Source: Candidatus Kaiserbacteria bacterium
GTDB taxonomy: Bacteria; Patescibacteriota; Minisyncoccia; Phycocordibacterales; Phycocordibacteraceae
Assembly (NCBI GenBank): GCA_026396675.1
Contig: JAPLWI010000008.1
Coordinates: 42,883-106,882, forward strand
Direction: 5' to 3'
DNA length: 64,000 nt
Under the pieces are notes generated by a model. It saw only the letters and a list, made by a program, of their open reading frames with translations, had not been told where the DNA came from and did not search any database. Each line of letters starts with the position of its first letter. Position 1 is the stretch's first letter. The position numbers and the translations under genes are program-made. Of the stretch, positions 20,112 to 30,036 are shown one piece after another.

Positions 20112-20556
20112 GGTATGTGCCTGCTGCTGCGAGAAGTGCCTTGTGCGCACTGACGGAAATCGTGCACCCTCTGATAACAAACGCCTTTGTAAACGGCTCA
20201 GCACCGAGAATCTTCACGGCTGGAGCGCGTCCTTTTATTCGACGCACGAGTCCTTTCGCGAGAAGCGATGCCGGAGAAACCGTCTCACCAACAGTATACG
20301 CCGCTTCAATCGCCGCGATATTAACAGGAACGATTGCTGTATGGTTCGTCCGAATCGTTCTTGAGCGATTCTTGCCATGACCTCGAAGTTTCGGGATCTT
20401 TTTGATGAGGTCACGTGCTTCAGGACGAATTTTGTGCCCGGCGCGCGATGACTGACCCTTGTGGCCACGACCGCTTGTCTTGCCACGACGACCGCCGCGT
20501 CCGACAGGCGCTACTTTCTTATTTTTTGTGCGAGGTGAGAGTGAATTGAGTTGCAT
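20104..20556 (-). CDS. rplO: 50S ribosomal protein L15
   Basis: VGRGGRRGKTSGRGHKGQ. Confidence 0.95.
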   Translation of the reverse strand: MQLNSLSPRTKNKKVAPVGRGGRRGKTSGRGHKGQSSRAGHKIRPEARDLIKKIPKLRGHGKNRSRTIRTNHTAIVPVNIAAIEAAYTVGETVSPASLLAKGLVRRIKGRAPAVKILGAEPFTKAFVIRGCTISVSAHKALLAAAGTYHA

Positions 20557-20565
20557 AAAAAAATA

Positions 20566-21189
20566 TTATCCGCCAAAAGTATTCTTTCCTGTTTGTGCAC
20601 GAAGTTTTTTCAAAGCCGCGACTGTTGCACGTGCTATGGTGAGCTTATTTTTTGAACGAGAATGTATCTTGGTCACAACATCTGTGATTCCTGCGAGATC
20701 AAGCACTGTGCGCACTGCAGAACCGGCGACAAGACCGCGTCCTTTTGATGGGATTATTTCAACAGTGGAAGATGCATACTTCGCCATGGCTTGATGTGGT
20801 ATTGATCCTAACGCAGTGCGAGGAACAATGAAAAGATGCTTCTTCGCGTCACGAGTCGCCTTATCAATAGCGAGTGAAGTATCGGCTCCTTTGCCAAGAC
20901 CAACCCCAACACGACCTTTCCGATCGCCAATGACCACTGCCAAACTGAAATTAAATCGTCTCCCTCCTGCCATCACGCGCGCTACACGCCGGGCATTAAT
21001 AGTTACTTGGTCAAATTCACTGTGTTCACGTGAAGAACGGTCGCCACGACCGCCGCCGCGTGGTGCCCGACCACGAATGGATCCTCGACTGCGCGCGACC
21101 GGACCGCGCATTTCTTGCTCTGCTTCTACTACAACGGCTGTTGTTCCGTTCTCATCCTGTACAATCTCTGGTTCTTTTTTTGTTGTCAT
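20566..21189 (-). CDS. rpsE: 30S ribosomal protein S5
   Basis: RVARVMAGGRRFNFS...VGVGLGK. Confidence 0.96.
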   Translation of the reverse strand: MTTKKEPEIVQDENGTTAVVVEAEQEMRGPVARSRGSIRGRAPRGGGRGDRSSREHSEFDQVTINARRVARVMAGGRRFNFSLAVVIGDRKGRVGVGLGKGADTSLAIDKATRDAKKHLFIVPRTALGSIPHQAMAKYASSTVEIIPSKGRGLVAGSAVRTVLDLAGITDVVTKIHSRSKNKLTIARATVAALKKLRAQTGKNTFGG

Positions 21190-21195
21190 AATTAT

Positions 21196-21546
21196 TTAAA
21201 AAGTGAGCCCGCCTTCGCGTGCCGCGTCGGAAAGCGTTTTTACCTGCCCACCATATCGATATCCAGCACGATCAAAAACGACTGAGCCAACACCAGCGGC
21301 CTTGGCTGCCTTCGCAATTGCAGAGCCGACAGCCTTCGCCTGAAGCGACTGTGGGCCTTTGAACTCGCGGCCGTGCGCAGCAGCAATCGTCTTACCAGCC
21401 GCATCGTCAATGAGCTGTGCGGAAACGAAACGATTGCTCCGATACACCGCGAGACGCGGACGTGTTGCTGTACCTTTAATGACAGCGCGCACGCGTATAT
21501 GACGACGCTTTCGGAGTTCACGATTTGTTGTTGGTTTGTGTTGCAT
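21196..21546 (-). CDS. rplR: 50S ribosomal protein L18
   Basis: RPRLAVYRSN...VVFDRAGYRY.G. Confidence 0.96.
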   Translation of the reverse strand: MQHKPTTNRELRKRRHIRVRAVIKGTATRPRLAVYRSNRFVSAQLIDDAAGKTIAAAHGREFKGPQSLQAKAVGSAIAKAAKAAGVGSVVFDRAGYRYGGQVKTLSDAAREGGLTF

Positions 21547-21569
21547 ATATTTCGTGATTCGTATTGCCT

Positions 21570-22100
21570 TTATACGGCCTTCTTACCCTGCTTGCGGCGG
21601 ACAACTTCATCATCATAGCGAATGCCCTTCCCGAGATATGGTTCCGGCGGCTTTACGCGTCGAATGTCCGCCGCAAATTGTCCGACTGATTCTTTGTTTA
21701 TGCTTTCCAATTTTATGATATTTTTTTCCACCGTTACTGACACATCCTCCGGTATTTCAAGTGGGACTGTGTGAGAGAAACCGACCGTGAGGATAACCTT
21801 ATTTCCTTTTACCTCCACACGATAGCCGACGCCATTTAGGATAAGTTTTACCAAATAGGGCGTCTCGACACCTTGTACCATATTTTTCACATGCGAAGCG
21901 AAGGTACCGGTAAGTGCTTTGGCGAGTCGTGAATTATTTTTCGGCGACACCATAACACCTTCTTCTCCAACGACGATAGAGACAGAAGGATGCACGCGCT
22001 TAGTGAGAGTACCTTTTGAGCCCTTAACTGAAAGCATCCCGCCCGCAACTGAAACGGCGGTTTCCCCTACAGATATTGGTTTTTTTGCGAGACGGCTCAT
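21570..22100 (-). CDS. rplF: 50S ribosomal protein L6
   Basis: GVGYR...PPEPYLGKGIRY. Confidence 0.96.
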   Translation of the reverse strand: MSRLAKKPISVGETAVSVAGGMLSVKGSKGTLTKRVHPSVSIVVGEEGVMVSPKNNSRLAKALTGTFASHVKNMVQGVETPYLVKLILNGVGYRVEVKGNKVILTVGFSHTVPLEIPEDVSVTVEKNIIKLESINKESVGQFAADIRRVKPPEPYLGKGIRYDDEVVRRKQGKKAV

Positions 22101-22115
22101 AGTAAAATTATCAAA

Positions 22116-22520
22116 CTACCAAATTTCAAAAAGCTCTTCGCCGCCGACGTGGTTCTTCCTTGCTTCAACATCAGAAACGATACCGATGGAAGAAGAAAGA
22201 ATACGAGCACCAGTGCCGCCTTTTACACGATGTGCGGTAGTGTGCGGAGCGTAAAGTCGTCGACCTGGTTTGCTTACGCGCTTAACTCCACGCAATTTTG
22301 CTTCTCCGCGCCCATCGTATGCGAGCGTTACGACAAACGACTTTTTAACGCTATCGTTTTCTTTTGTCTTTATTTCTACAGCGGTAATGAACCCGAGTTC
22401 TTTAAGTTTTTCCGCTATGGAGACGAGGTGCGTTGAATACGGCATTATTACATCGCGCTTGCCGATGCGCGCGGCGTTCTGAAGACGGATAATAAAGTCC
22501 CCGACGCGGTCAGTTATCAT
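22116..22520 (-). CDS. rpsH: 30S ribosomal protein S8
   Basis: DRVGDFIIRLQNA...RVSKPGRRLY...GGE. Confidence 0.96.
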   Translation of the reverse strand: MITDRVGDFIIRLQNAARIGKRDVIMPYSTHLVSIAEKLKELGFITAVEIKTKENDSVKKSFVVTLAYDGRGEAKLRGVKRVSKPGRRLYAPHTTAHRVKGGTGARILSSSIGIVSDVEARKNHVGGEELFEIW

Positions 22521-22539
22521 AGATAGTGAGGAAATGAAT

Positions 22540-22809
22540 CTACCATGATGCTTTTTTAACGCCCGGGATTTTTCCTTCGCGCGCAAGCTCGCGGAATTGA
22601 ATTCGCGAAAGGCCGAACGCGCGCATATAACCACGAGAGCGGCCAGTAATCGCGCAACGATTCTTCAGCCGCACCGGCGAGGAATTTCTAGGGAGCTTTT
22701 GAAGACCTTCGGAATCACCAGCCAATTTCAAAGCAGCACGCTTGACCGCGTACTTCTTCACGAGTTTCGCCTTTTTTGCGTATCTCGCCAGCTGGGATTT
22801 CTTAGCCAT
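22540..22809 (-). CDS. rpsN: 30S ribosomal protein S14, 89-aa zinc-independent type
   Basis: [19 protein letters not shown]...IPGVKKASW. Confidence 0.95.
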   Translation of the reverse strand: MAKKSQLARYAKKAKLVKKYAVKRAALKLAGDSEGLQKLPRNSSPVRLKNRCAITGRSRGYMRAFGLSRIQFRELAREGKIPGVKKASW

Positions 22810-22841
22810 GAAAAATAAATAGCCCCGAAGAGCGTGCTGAC

Positions 22842-22870
22842 ACTGTAGCAAATAGCGTCTGCGCCGTCAA
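22842..22870 (-). promoter_or_regulatory. Internal promoter for rpsN onward
   Basis: TTGACG-17-TACAGT. Confidence 0.6.
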
Positions 22871-22909
22871 ACTGATTGAAAACAGGATTTTATGGGTGAC
22901 CAAAAGGAA

Positions 22910-22945
22910 ATCCCGTATTCTGCCGGAAAGGCCAGAATACGGGAT
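22910..22945 (-). terminator. Terminator of cassette gene
   Basis: ATCCCGTATTCTG...CAGAATACGGGAT. Confidence 0.65.
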
Positions 22946-22951
22946 AAAATG

Positions 22952-23176
22952 TTAAAAAGATTTCTCGTACAGCTTTTCAAGACGAGGAGACAATCTGTTC
23001 CGTGCCTTAGGATGTACTGAGCTGGAAGGCAATCCTTTCTCGAGAACCTTATTCAGATGCCTGCGCCATTTCTTGCCTTCCGGATTGTCCTCAGACATTT
23101 TGAACGCAGCCCTCGCGAGTATTTCTTCACCAAGCTTCGATAACGTTGATCCTAGAATTCTTTTCATTTCTCTCAC
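22952..23176 (-). CDS. Small hypothetical protein inserted in spc operon
   Basis: SD-like AAGGAG, TTGACA upstream, terminator downstream. Confidence 0.55.
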   Translation of the reverse strand: MREMKRILGSTLSKLGEEILARAAFKMSEDNPEGKKWRRHLNKVLEKGLPSSSVHPKARNRLSPRLEKLYEKSF

Positions 23177-23301
23177 TCCTTCCCTTTTTATTTTAAGACC
23201 TTTCTGGTTGATAGAGTATATAAAGATGACTGTTCTGTCAACAACGAAAACAAATTGTAAACGCCGCGGGTTAGCGCGGCGTTCAGATAATGAGCGACGA
23301 T

Positions 23302-23583
23302 TTACCTCCTCCGTAAAACCTTGGCAAAAATCCGTACTTCGTCTCCTGGTTCTACTGGCATATAGTTCCTGAGAGACCCTCTCTTTTTCGAAAGTTTCCT
23401 TTCAAATTTCCCGAAAAGACTGTTCGCCTTGGTTCTGGCGGCCTCCAAGTTGGGGGATTTAAACCTCTCGAAAAGAGAAAGGGACTTCGGCCTTGTGTCT
23501 TCGACACTGTCTAAACCCATACCAGATGGACGTACAAAGATTTCACGCCACTTCACATTCGCAATAACCATATATTCTTCCAT
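23302..23583 (-). CDS. Small hypothetical protein inserted in spc operon
   Basis: GGAGGT SD; hairpin at 23260-23283 downstream. Confidence 0.6.
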   Translation of the reverse strand: MEEYMVIANVKWREIFVRPSGMGLDSVEDTRPKSLSLFERFKSPNLEAARTKANSLFGKFERKLSKKRGSLRNYMPVEPGDEVRIFAKVLRRR

Positions 23584-23635
23584 CGTTTAACCTCCAACCA
23601 TTTTTTATGCTTCTGTGAGCTAATTTAGCACTAAA

Positions 23636-24178
23636 TTAGTCCTTGTCAACAATCAGCGGCACGCCAATATGGCGGAGGAATGCCTCAGCTTCGGACTTCG
23701 ATTTGGCTGTGGTAACGATTGTAACTGCAAAACCGAATACATCTTTCAGGTCTTCATCGGAGGTCTCTGGGAAAATAGTGTGCTCACGGATACCGATAGT
23801 GAGATTACCCATATCATCAATTGCTTTCGCAGAGAGTCCGCGGAAGTCGCGAGTGCGTGGAAACGCGATGTGAATAAGTTTGTCCAAAAAGTCGTACATC
23901 CGTGCGCCACGCATTGTTATCTGAAGACCAACAGTGTCGCCCTCACGCACTTTGAACGACGCAATGGAAAGGCGCGCAGAACGAGGGGATGGTTTCTGTC
24001 CAGTAATTTTCGCGAGTCGATCTTCGATGGTCTCCAGTTGTTTTTTGTCGCGCTTCTTGCCAACGCCCGAAGATACAATGACTTTCTGTATACGCGGACT
24101 CTGCATCGGGCTCGTGTAGCCGAATGTTTCTGCGAGTGCGAGATACGCTGTTTGCTGTTTTTGTTTGGTGATAGACAT
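23636..24178 (-). CDS. rplE: 50S ribosomal protein L5
   Basis: ITGQKP...SIASFKVREG...PRTRDFRG. Confidence 0.97.
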   Translation of the reverse strand: MSITKQKQQTAYLALAETFGYTSPMQSPRIQKVIVSSGVGKKRDKKQLETIEDRLAKITGQKPSPRSARLSIASFKVREGDTVGLQITMRGARMYDFLDKLIHIAFPRTRDFRGLSAKAIDDMGNLTIGIREHTIFPETSDEDLKDVFGFAVTIVTTAKSKSEAEAFLRHIGVPLIVDKD

Positions 24179-24182
24179 ACCT

Positions 24183-24440
24183 CTATTTTACGCTAAAGAC
24201 GGACTCTTTCTTTACCGAGTCGGCGGAATCGACGCGTTTTACATTTGAAACATCGACTGGTCGCGGGCGTTCAATAATGCGACCGACCTTCCCCGCACTT
24301 CCCTTCAGATGACGCTTATAGATAGCAACGCCTTCAATGACAACTTTATTTTCGCGCGGCAGAGCACGCATGACGTTGCCAATAGCGCCTTTGTCCTTGC
24401 CTGAAATCACTTTTACTTTATCTCCTTTTTTAATTTTCAT
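24183..24440 (-). CDS. rplX: 50S ribosomal protein L24
   Basis: KIKKGDKVKVISGKDKG. Confidence 0.96.
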   Translation of the reverse strand: MKIKKGDKVKVISGKDKGAIGNVMRALPRENKVVIEGVAIYKRHLKGSAGKVGRIIERPRPVDVSNVKRVDSADSVKKESVFSVK

Positions 24441-24476
24441 ATAAATTTCTTAATTTATCCCGAGTGTAACGAGGGA

Positions 24477-24854
24477 TTAAACTACTTCTTGCGCTAAGGA
24501 TATAATCGAATGCCAACCACGTTCAGAGAGCTCGCGCGGAACGGGGCCGAAAATGCGATTTCCTTTCGGGCCCATTTCTTTGCCTTGCTTCTCGATGAGT
24601 ACAACAGCATTCTCATCAAAACGAATGCTTGAACCGTCCTTGCGTCCCCATGGCTTAGTTTGGCGGACGACAACTGCGCGATAAATATCTTTTTTCTTCA
24701 CCGCCTTGCGCGGCTCGGCTGTCTGTACAGAAACGACAACAGTATCACCGATGCGTGCATACCTGCGATGCGAGCCGCCGAGCACCTTGAAAATCCGAGC
24801 GACCTTACCGCCGGAATTGTCTGCAATCGTTACGATGGATTGTGTCTGTAACAT
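24477..24854 (-). CDS. rplN: 50S ribosomal protein L14
   Basis: ADNSG...IRFDENAVV...RIFGPV. Confidence 0.97.
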   Translation of the reverse strand: MLQTQSIVTIADNSGGKVARIFKVLGGSHRRYARIGDTVVVSVQTAEPRKAVKKKDIYRAVVVRQTKPWGRKDGSSIRFDENAVVLIEKQGKEMGPKGNRIFGPVPRELSERGWHSIISLAQEVV

Positions 24855-24855
24855 A

Positions 24856-25197
24856 TTATTTCGTAGGGCGAGACGAGGTGACTCCTTGCTTCAAGGTGTC
24901 ACCTCGGCCTGCAATCTTGAAATGCTTCATTTTCGAAATTGGGCGAGTTGCCACAATGGTTACTGTGTCACCAATCTGTGCGATATTGCCCTGGTCGTGC
25001 ACGAGATAATTTTTTGACCGCACGAAATACTTTTTATATTTTGCGTTCTTCACAAAGCGATTAACACGGACAACGGCAGTATCTTTCGCCGCCGTTCTAA
25101 CGACAACTCCAGTAAATGATTGTGGACGAGCCGAAGGCACTGAGCTTGCCTGCGGTGAGCTTGTCGAACTCGTCGAATGTGTAGTGTTTTGTTCCAT
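24856..25197 (-). CDS. rpsQ: 30S ribosomal protein S17 (repeat-derived terminal extensions)
   Basis: FTGVVV...KYKKY...HD..GDTV.I..TRPISKMKHF. Confidence 0.94.
   Translation of the reverse strand: MEQNTTHSTSSTSSPQASSVPSARPQSFTGVVVRTAAKDTAVVRVNRFVKNAKYKKYFVRSKNYLVHDQGNIAQIGDTVTIVATRPISKMKHFKIAGRGDTLKQGVTSSRPTK
24874..24906. repeat. AGGTnnnACCT-family palindrome in rpsQ C-terminus
   Basis: CGAGGTGACTCCTTG-CTT-CAAGGTGTCACCTCG. Confidence 0.7.
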
Positions 25198-25201
25198 ACA
25201 A

Positions 25202-25420
25202 TTATGCGGAGCGGGTCGCAGATCCTGAGCTGAGCGAACGGGCGGACTGTTCAGTGAGTATGCGCGCAATTTCTGCGCGAAATTTCTTCGGGGAGTTGCT
25301 GTCCTTTGGACGTGCACCGGCCGCCGCAAATCGCTCGGTACGCAGGAGCGCACGCGTGTCAGCGAGAAGTTTAGAAAGCTCTTGTTCTGTCTTTGTCGTC
25401 ATTGATTCCCTTTTTGTCAT
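25202..25420 (-). CDS. rpmC: 50S ribosomal protein L29
   Basis: Position in operon; RAEIARILT motif. Confidence 0.9.
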   Translation of the reverse strand: MTKRESMTTKTEQELSKLLADTRALLRTERFAAAGARPKDSNSPKKFRAEIARILTEQSARSLSSGSATRSA

Positions 25421-25440
25421 AAAAATTGTAGAAAAGCAAA

Positions 25441-25863
25441 TTATTGATGCATAACGATTGCCGTTTTAACTGGAAGTTTCATTCCGGCCTGTCGTAGATG
25501 CGCACGAGCGATTGTTTCAGGCACGCCGTCATACTCAAAGAGTATGCGCCCTGGGCGAACTTCAAAGACATAGTGCTTTGGATCGCCCTTACCTTTACCC
25601 ATGCCGACTTCCGCTGGCTTAGCAGTTACTGGACGATCTGGGAAAATGCGGATCCAGAGCTTGCCTGTCTTCGCGGTTGCGCGCGTAAGCACTTTACGTG
25701 CTGCTTCAATCTGATTGCTCGTAACTCGCGCACTCGAGAGCGCTTTCATCCCGATAGAACCGAAAACAACCGTTGTGCCGCGGGTATCTGGACGAGACAA
25801 GCGCTTCTTGCTTTTACGTCCGGTCTGCCATTTACGATGTTTTACTTTTTTGGGAAATAACAT
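25441..25863 (-). CDS. rplP: 50S ribosomal protein L16
   Basis: QIEAAR...WIRIFPD...MGKGKG. Confidence 0.97.
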   Translation of the reverse strand: MLFPKKVKHRKWQTGRKSKKRLSRPDTRGTTVVFGSIGMKALSSARVTSNQIEAARKVLTRATAKTGKLWIRIFPDRPVTAKPAEVGMGKGKGDPKHYVFEVRPGRILFEYDGVPETIARAHLRQAGMKLPVKTAIVMHQ

Positions 25864-25873
25864 ATGCAAAATA

Positions 25874-26572
25874 TTAGCGAGCTACAGACACGGCACTCCG
25901 TCGGCTGGTGGATTTATCCTGATACACATTACCGCGATAGATCCACACTTTTACTCCGATAACTCCGTATGGTAAATGCGCTTCTTCATTTGCAAAATTA
26001 ATATCCGCACGGAATGTTTGAAGTGGGATACGGCCTTTCTTCACTTCTTCCTTTCGGCTCATTTCTGCACCGCCAAGGCGGCCTGAGATTGTAACTCTCA
26101 CACCTTCAACTTCGCGCGACGCCATAACCTTCTCTACTGTCTGCTTCAACACGCGACGAAACGGCATTCTTTTTTCAAGCCCTTCGACAACCATATAAGC
26201 GACAACAGAGGCATCCGTTTCCGGTTGGCGCAATTCTATGATATCGAACTTTAGTGCGCGACGATCGAGAGGAGCTACCGTACGAATCACGTCAGAAAGT
26301 TCCTTGCGCAACTTTACTGCATTCTCGCCAGAACGACCTATAACGAGTCCTGGGCGCGCTGTCGCAAGGATAACGCGAAGTGTGCTCGCTGATCGTTCGA
26401 TTTCGATGCCGCTTGTGTATGTACCGCGCAAACGTTTTGTGAGAAATCGACGAATTGTTTCGTCAACTTTGATATTTTCTCGGTAACTCTTCGCGTCACG
26501 GGCGAACCAACGGCTCTTCCAATCACGGATGATGCCGAGACGATGTGCGTAAGGATGGACAGTGTGGGTCAT
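25874..26572 (-). CDS. rpsC: 30S ribosomal protein S3
   Basis: HPYAHRLG...GRLGGAEMSR...PLQTFRADI. Confidence 0.97.
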   Translation of the reverse strand: MTHTVHPYAHRLGIIRDWKSRWFARDAKSYRENIKVDETIRRFLTKRLRGTYTSGIEIERSASTLRVILATARPGLVIGRSGENAVKLRKELSDVIRTVAPLDRRALKFDIIELRQPETDASVVAYMVVEGLEKRMPFRRVLKQTVEKVMASREVEGVRVTISGRLGGAEMSRKEEVKKGRIPLQTFRADINFANEEAHLPYGVIGVKVWIYRGNVYQDKSTSRRSAVSVAR

Positions 26573-26579
26573 AAAAAGA

Positions 26580-26924
26580 TTAGGAGAGTGTTACTTTCAC
26601 ATGACTCTTCCGGTGGCGAATAGCCGACGCGCGACCGAATGCGCGAGGCATAAATCGCTTTGTCATTCCGGCGCTATCAACTGTTATATCTTTAATGATG
26701 AGCCCATCAAATTTTTCTCCCTTTTTGCCGGAGATGGATCCTCCATTGACAGACGCATTTGCCGCCGCGCTTTTGATGAGTTTCGCAATTGGTTCTGCCG
26801 CGCGTTTCGGAAGGAATTGAAGCACAGCAAGTGCATCAGGAACTGACTTCCCTTTTACGAGGTCAGTCACGAGGCGAACCTTGCGCGGTGTCTGGTTATG
26901 GGTCTTGAGTGTTGCGCTTGCCAT
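26580..26924 (-). CDS. rplV: 50S ribosomal protein L22
   Basis: TPRKVRLV...SAAANA...PRAFGRA. Confidence 0.96.
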   Translation of the reverse strand: MASATLKTHNQTPRKVRLVTDLVKGKSVPDALAVLQFLPKRAAEPIAKLIKSAAANASVNGGSISGKKGEKFDGLIIKDITVDSAGMTKRFMPRAFGRASAIRHRKSHVKVTLS

Positions 26925-26925
26925 A

Positions 26926-27267
26926 TTATTTCTTGCCGGCAACAGGCGCTTTCGCGGCCTTAGCGGAAGCGATTTCCGCTTCCTGTTTCTTCTGTTCCAT
27001 CTCTTTCTGCATCTTACCGCCGTGACGGACGAACTTCTTGGTCGGCGAAAATTCGCCGAGACGATGACCGACCATTTCTTCAGTTACTAAAACATCAATA
27101 TGCTGTCTGCCATTATGTACACCAAAAGTAAAACCAATCATATCAGGGCTTATCTGACTTCGACGCGCCCACGTCTTAATAACCCCGGCCGATGACGGTT
27201 TCTTATCAACAAGTTTCTTCAGGAGTTTTGCATCCACGAAGGGTCCTTTTTTAATTGATCTGCTCAT
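26926..27267 (-). CDS. rpsS: 30S ribosomal protein S19
   Basis: [11 protein letters not shown]...VHNG...MVGHRLGEF. Confidence 0.97.
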   Translation of the reverse strand: MSRSIKKGPFVDAKLLKKLVDKKPSSAGVIKTWARRSQISPDMIGFTFGVHNGRQHIDVLVTEEMVGHRLGEFSPTKKFVRHGGKMQKEMEQKKQEAEIASAKAAKAPVAGKK

Positions 27268-27338
27268 GCAATGAAAAATCCGCTACGCGCGGTAGTTAGA
27301 CGATACAGGAATAGTCATACGCCGTCAAATTAACGTAA

Positions 27339-28187
27339 TTATCCCTTTCGTTTCTTGCCGACCTTGCGGCGCGAGACGATGAAGACGTTAGAGTACTTCT
27401 TCGGCGTGCGCGTCTTCTGCCCCTTGCCCGACGGCTTGCCCCACGCGGTCTTCTCGCGCTTCAAACCGCGGCCTTGCTTGCCTTCGCCGCCGCCGTGCGG
27501 ATGATCAACTGGGTTCATCGCAGTACCACGAACGGTAGGACGAATGCCCATCCAACGACTCCGACCTGCCTTACCTATAACGACAAGATTATATTCCTCA
27601 TTGCCAACCGCACCGATAGACGCCCAACAGAGATCGGATACCTTGCGAATTTCGGTTGATGGAAGTTTTATCTGTGCATAGCCGGCATCATGCGCGACTA
27701 CTTCAGCAAAGTTGCCAGCGCTTCGGACAAGCACGGCGCCCGCATTCAGAGAGAGTTCAATATTGTAAACAAATGTACCGACAGGAATTTTCCCAAGCGG
27801 CATTCTATTACCGACGATAATCGACACATTTTCACCAACAACAAACGAACTCCCGACCTTCATTTCTTTCGGCAAAATTACGTAGCGTCGTTCACCATCA
27901 CGATAAAGCGCGAGCCCGATAAAGGCGCTACGAAATGGATCGTATTCAACTGTTTCAATTTTCGCGGGAATATCTTTTTTGTTATATGAGAAATCAATGG
28001 TGCGAAAGTTACGTTTATGTCCCCCGCCCTGGTGGCGAGTGGTAATGCGCCCGAACGCGTTCCGTCCGCCCTTGCTTCTGTTCGCCTTCATCAAGGGCTT
28101 GTGCGGCGCATCGCCCGAGAGAAGTTCTCGGTATGGCAGAGTGGTCATAAAACGGCGGCTCTTTGTGGTTGGTTTGTACGTTTTCAT
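27339..28187 (-). CDS. rplB: 50S ribosomal protein L2
   Basis: RPTVRGTAMNPVDHPHGGGEG. Confidence 0.98.
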   Translation of the reverse strand: MKTYKPTTKSRRFMTTLPYRELLSGDAPHKPLMKANRSKGGRNAFGRITTRHQGGGHKRNFRTIDFSYNKKDIPAKIETVEYDPFRSAFIGLALYRDGERRYVILPKEMKVGSSFVVGENVSIIVGNRMPLGKIPVGTFVYNIELSLNAGAVLVRSAGNFAEVVAHDAGYAQIKLPSTEIRKVSDLCWASIGAVGNEEYNLVVIGKAGRSRWMGIRPTVRGTAMNPVDHPHGGGEGKQGRGLKREKTAWGKPSGKGQKTRTPKKYSNVFIVSRRKVGKKRKG

Positions 28188-28189
28188 AA

Positions 28190-28564
28190 TTATGAGAATT
28201 GTATTGAATCACCAGCATTCAAGTAAACGTACGCCTTATGGCGCGCTGCGCGTGTACCGACTCCACGCTTGGTGCGCATTGCCTTTTTCTTCCCAGGCAA
28301 GTTTACGATACGGATTTTACGTGGCTCGACTTTGTAAATCTCTTTGATTGCGCCTGCAATCTCTGCTTTCGTCGCGCGCTTCGGCACTTCAAAAGTGTAA
28401 ATGCCTTTTTCGGTCACAATAAGCGACTTCTCTGAGAACCACGGGGCGCGAATAATTTCGTGTGCGATTCCATTGGACAATTTCATAGCACGCGCATGAT
28501 GCACGCGTACGGATTTTTCCTTTTTCGCTTTTACCTCTTTCTTTTTGTCGCCGAAAATAGCCAT
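28190..28564 (-). CDS. rplW: 50S ribosomal protein L23
   Basis: SEKS...YTFEV...ATK.EI...KAYVYL. Confidence 0.93.
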   Translation of the reverse strand: MAIFGDKKKEVKAKKEKSVRVHHARAMKLSNGIAHEIIRAPWFSEKSLIVTEKGIYTFEVPKRATKAEIAGAIKEIYKVEPRKIRIVNLPGKKKAMRTKRGVGTRAARHKAYVYLNAGDSIQFS

Positions 28565-28570
28565 AATGAT

Positions 28571-29353
28571 TTATTTAGAATTCACGCGAGAGAGAATCGC
28601 CGCAAACGCCGCTTCTGGCTTTTCAATGACAAGATATTTGTGCGTCATCACCTCAAGAGGATTTAGATTGCGCACTTCCTCTGTCTTCAGGTTTCCGAAA
28701 TTACTGAAACTCTTTATCGTTGATGCGTCATATGCGGATAGAGCAATAAGCGCGGCATTTTTCTTTTTAAGAAGATATTTCGCATCGGCGCCTTTCGCGA
28801 GTGCGATGATTGCCGACTTAGCTACAGCAGTTGATGGTTTCGCAAAAGAAAATGTATCGACAAAAATAATTTCGCCATCCTTCGCCTTTCTTGAAAGTAC
28901 CGCGAGCAGTGCGCTGATTCGCATCTTGTGATTAATCTTTTCGCCATAGTCGCGTTCATTTCGCGGACCGAAAGTAACACCACCATGACGCCAGATTGGA
29001 GAACGGCTGGACCCAACGCGTGCCTGTCCGGTACCTTTTTGTTTCCATGGTTTCTTTCCTCCCCCAGAAACCTCGGAACGATCTTTCGTATGAGCGCGGT
29101 TTTGGCGCGCATTTGCTTGCATCGCCGTCGTCACTTGATGCACCAAATCAGCACGCCATGGAACATTAAATATTTTCTCAGGAAGTGCAATGCTTCCGAC
29201 TTTTTCTCCATTCATTGAGAAAATCGGTGCCTCGCTCACGTTCGGCATCTGCGCTTTCGCTTCGACTTTTTTTACGGCCGCAGGCACCGAGGTCTTCCGA
29301 GGTGCCGCAGGTCCCGATTTCTTTTGAGAGATGATTTTTTTAGTTAAAGTCAT
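28571..29353 (-). CDS. rplD: 50S ribosomal protein L4
   Basis: TKDRSEVSGGGKKPWKQKGTG.AR. Confidence 0.97.
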   Translation of the reverse strand: MTLTKKIISQKKSGPAAPRKTSVPAAVKKVEAKAQMPNVSEAPIFSMNGEKVGSIALPEKIFNVPWRADLVHQVTTAMQANARQNRAHTKDRSEVSGGGKKPWKQKGTGQARVGSSRSPIWRHGGVTFGPRNERDYGEKINHKMRISALLAVLSRKAKDGEIIFVDTFSFAKPSTAVAKSAIIALAKGADAKYLLKKKNAALIALSAYDASTIKSFSNFGNLKTEEVRNLNPLEVMTHKYLVIEKPEAAFAAILSRVNSK

Positions 29354-29363
29354 AGTATTAAAA

Positions 29364-30029
29364 TTACTTAGATGCACCGTGCTTACGCGCAGGAACGGAC
29401 ACGACCTCAAGAAGTGTGCCGCGATGTCCCGGTACTGCACCAGAAACAATTATCTTTCCTGCCTTCACATCGACCGCAAGAATCTTCAAATTCTCGACCG
29501 TCACGCGATCGGCACCCATCCGACCGGCCATGCGAATGCCCTTGGCTACACGACCACCTGCACGGCCACCTGATCCGCCGATGGAGCCCGGCTCGCGCTC
29601 GGAGTGCTTCTGTCCGTGCGAGCGCGGACCGCCGTGGAAACCGTGACGCTTTACTCCACCGGCAAAACCTTTTCCTTTTGTGAGTCCTGAGACACGAACT
29701 ATATCGCCGACAGCGAAGATTGACGCGTCGATCGTACTCCCAACTTCGGTCGCATTGTTTCCCTCGACTGAAGTTCCAAATGGTACGGGGAATTCTCGAA
29801 TGGCTGAATAGCCCTTCCCGCCAGTGTGCCCAAGAACTGCCTTGCTGATATTTTTTGTTTTGCGTGTGCCGAAACCAATCTGAACTGCCGAGTATTTATC
29901 CTTGCCATCCTTCGTCTTCACTTGGGTAACGACGACCGGATCGGCAACGAGAATAGTCCCCGCGCGCGCGCGACCATCATCCGCGAAAACGCGGGTCATT
30001 CCTTCTTTTTTTGCGAGAATGAATTTCAT
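29364..30029 (-). CDS. rplC: 50S ribosomal protein L3
   Basis: TKGKGFAGGVKRHGFHGGPRSHG...MAGRMG. Confidence 0.97.
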   Translation of the reverse strand: MKFILAKKEGMTRVFADDGRARAGTILVADPVVVTQVKTKDGKDKYSAVQIGFGTRKTKNISKAVLGHTGGKGYSAIREFPVPFGTSVEGNNATEVGSTIDASIFAVGDIVRVSGLTKGKGFAGGVKRHGFHGGPRSHGQKHSEREPGSIGGSGGRAGGRVAKGIRMAGRMGADRVTVENLKILAVDVKAGKIIVSGAVPGHRGTLLEVVSVPARKHGASK

Positions 30030-30036
30030 TTTTTAA

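Noticed and set aside
21022-21037. parS-like TTCACGTGAA core in rpsE
   Set aside because: Isolated, with poor flanks; explained by coding sequence.
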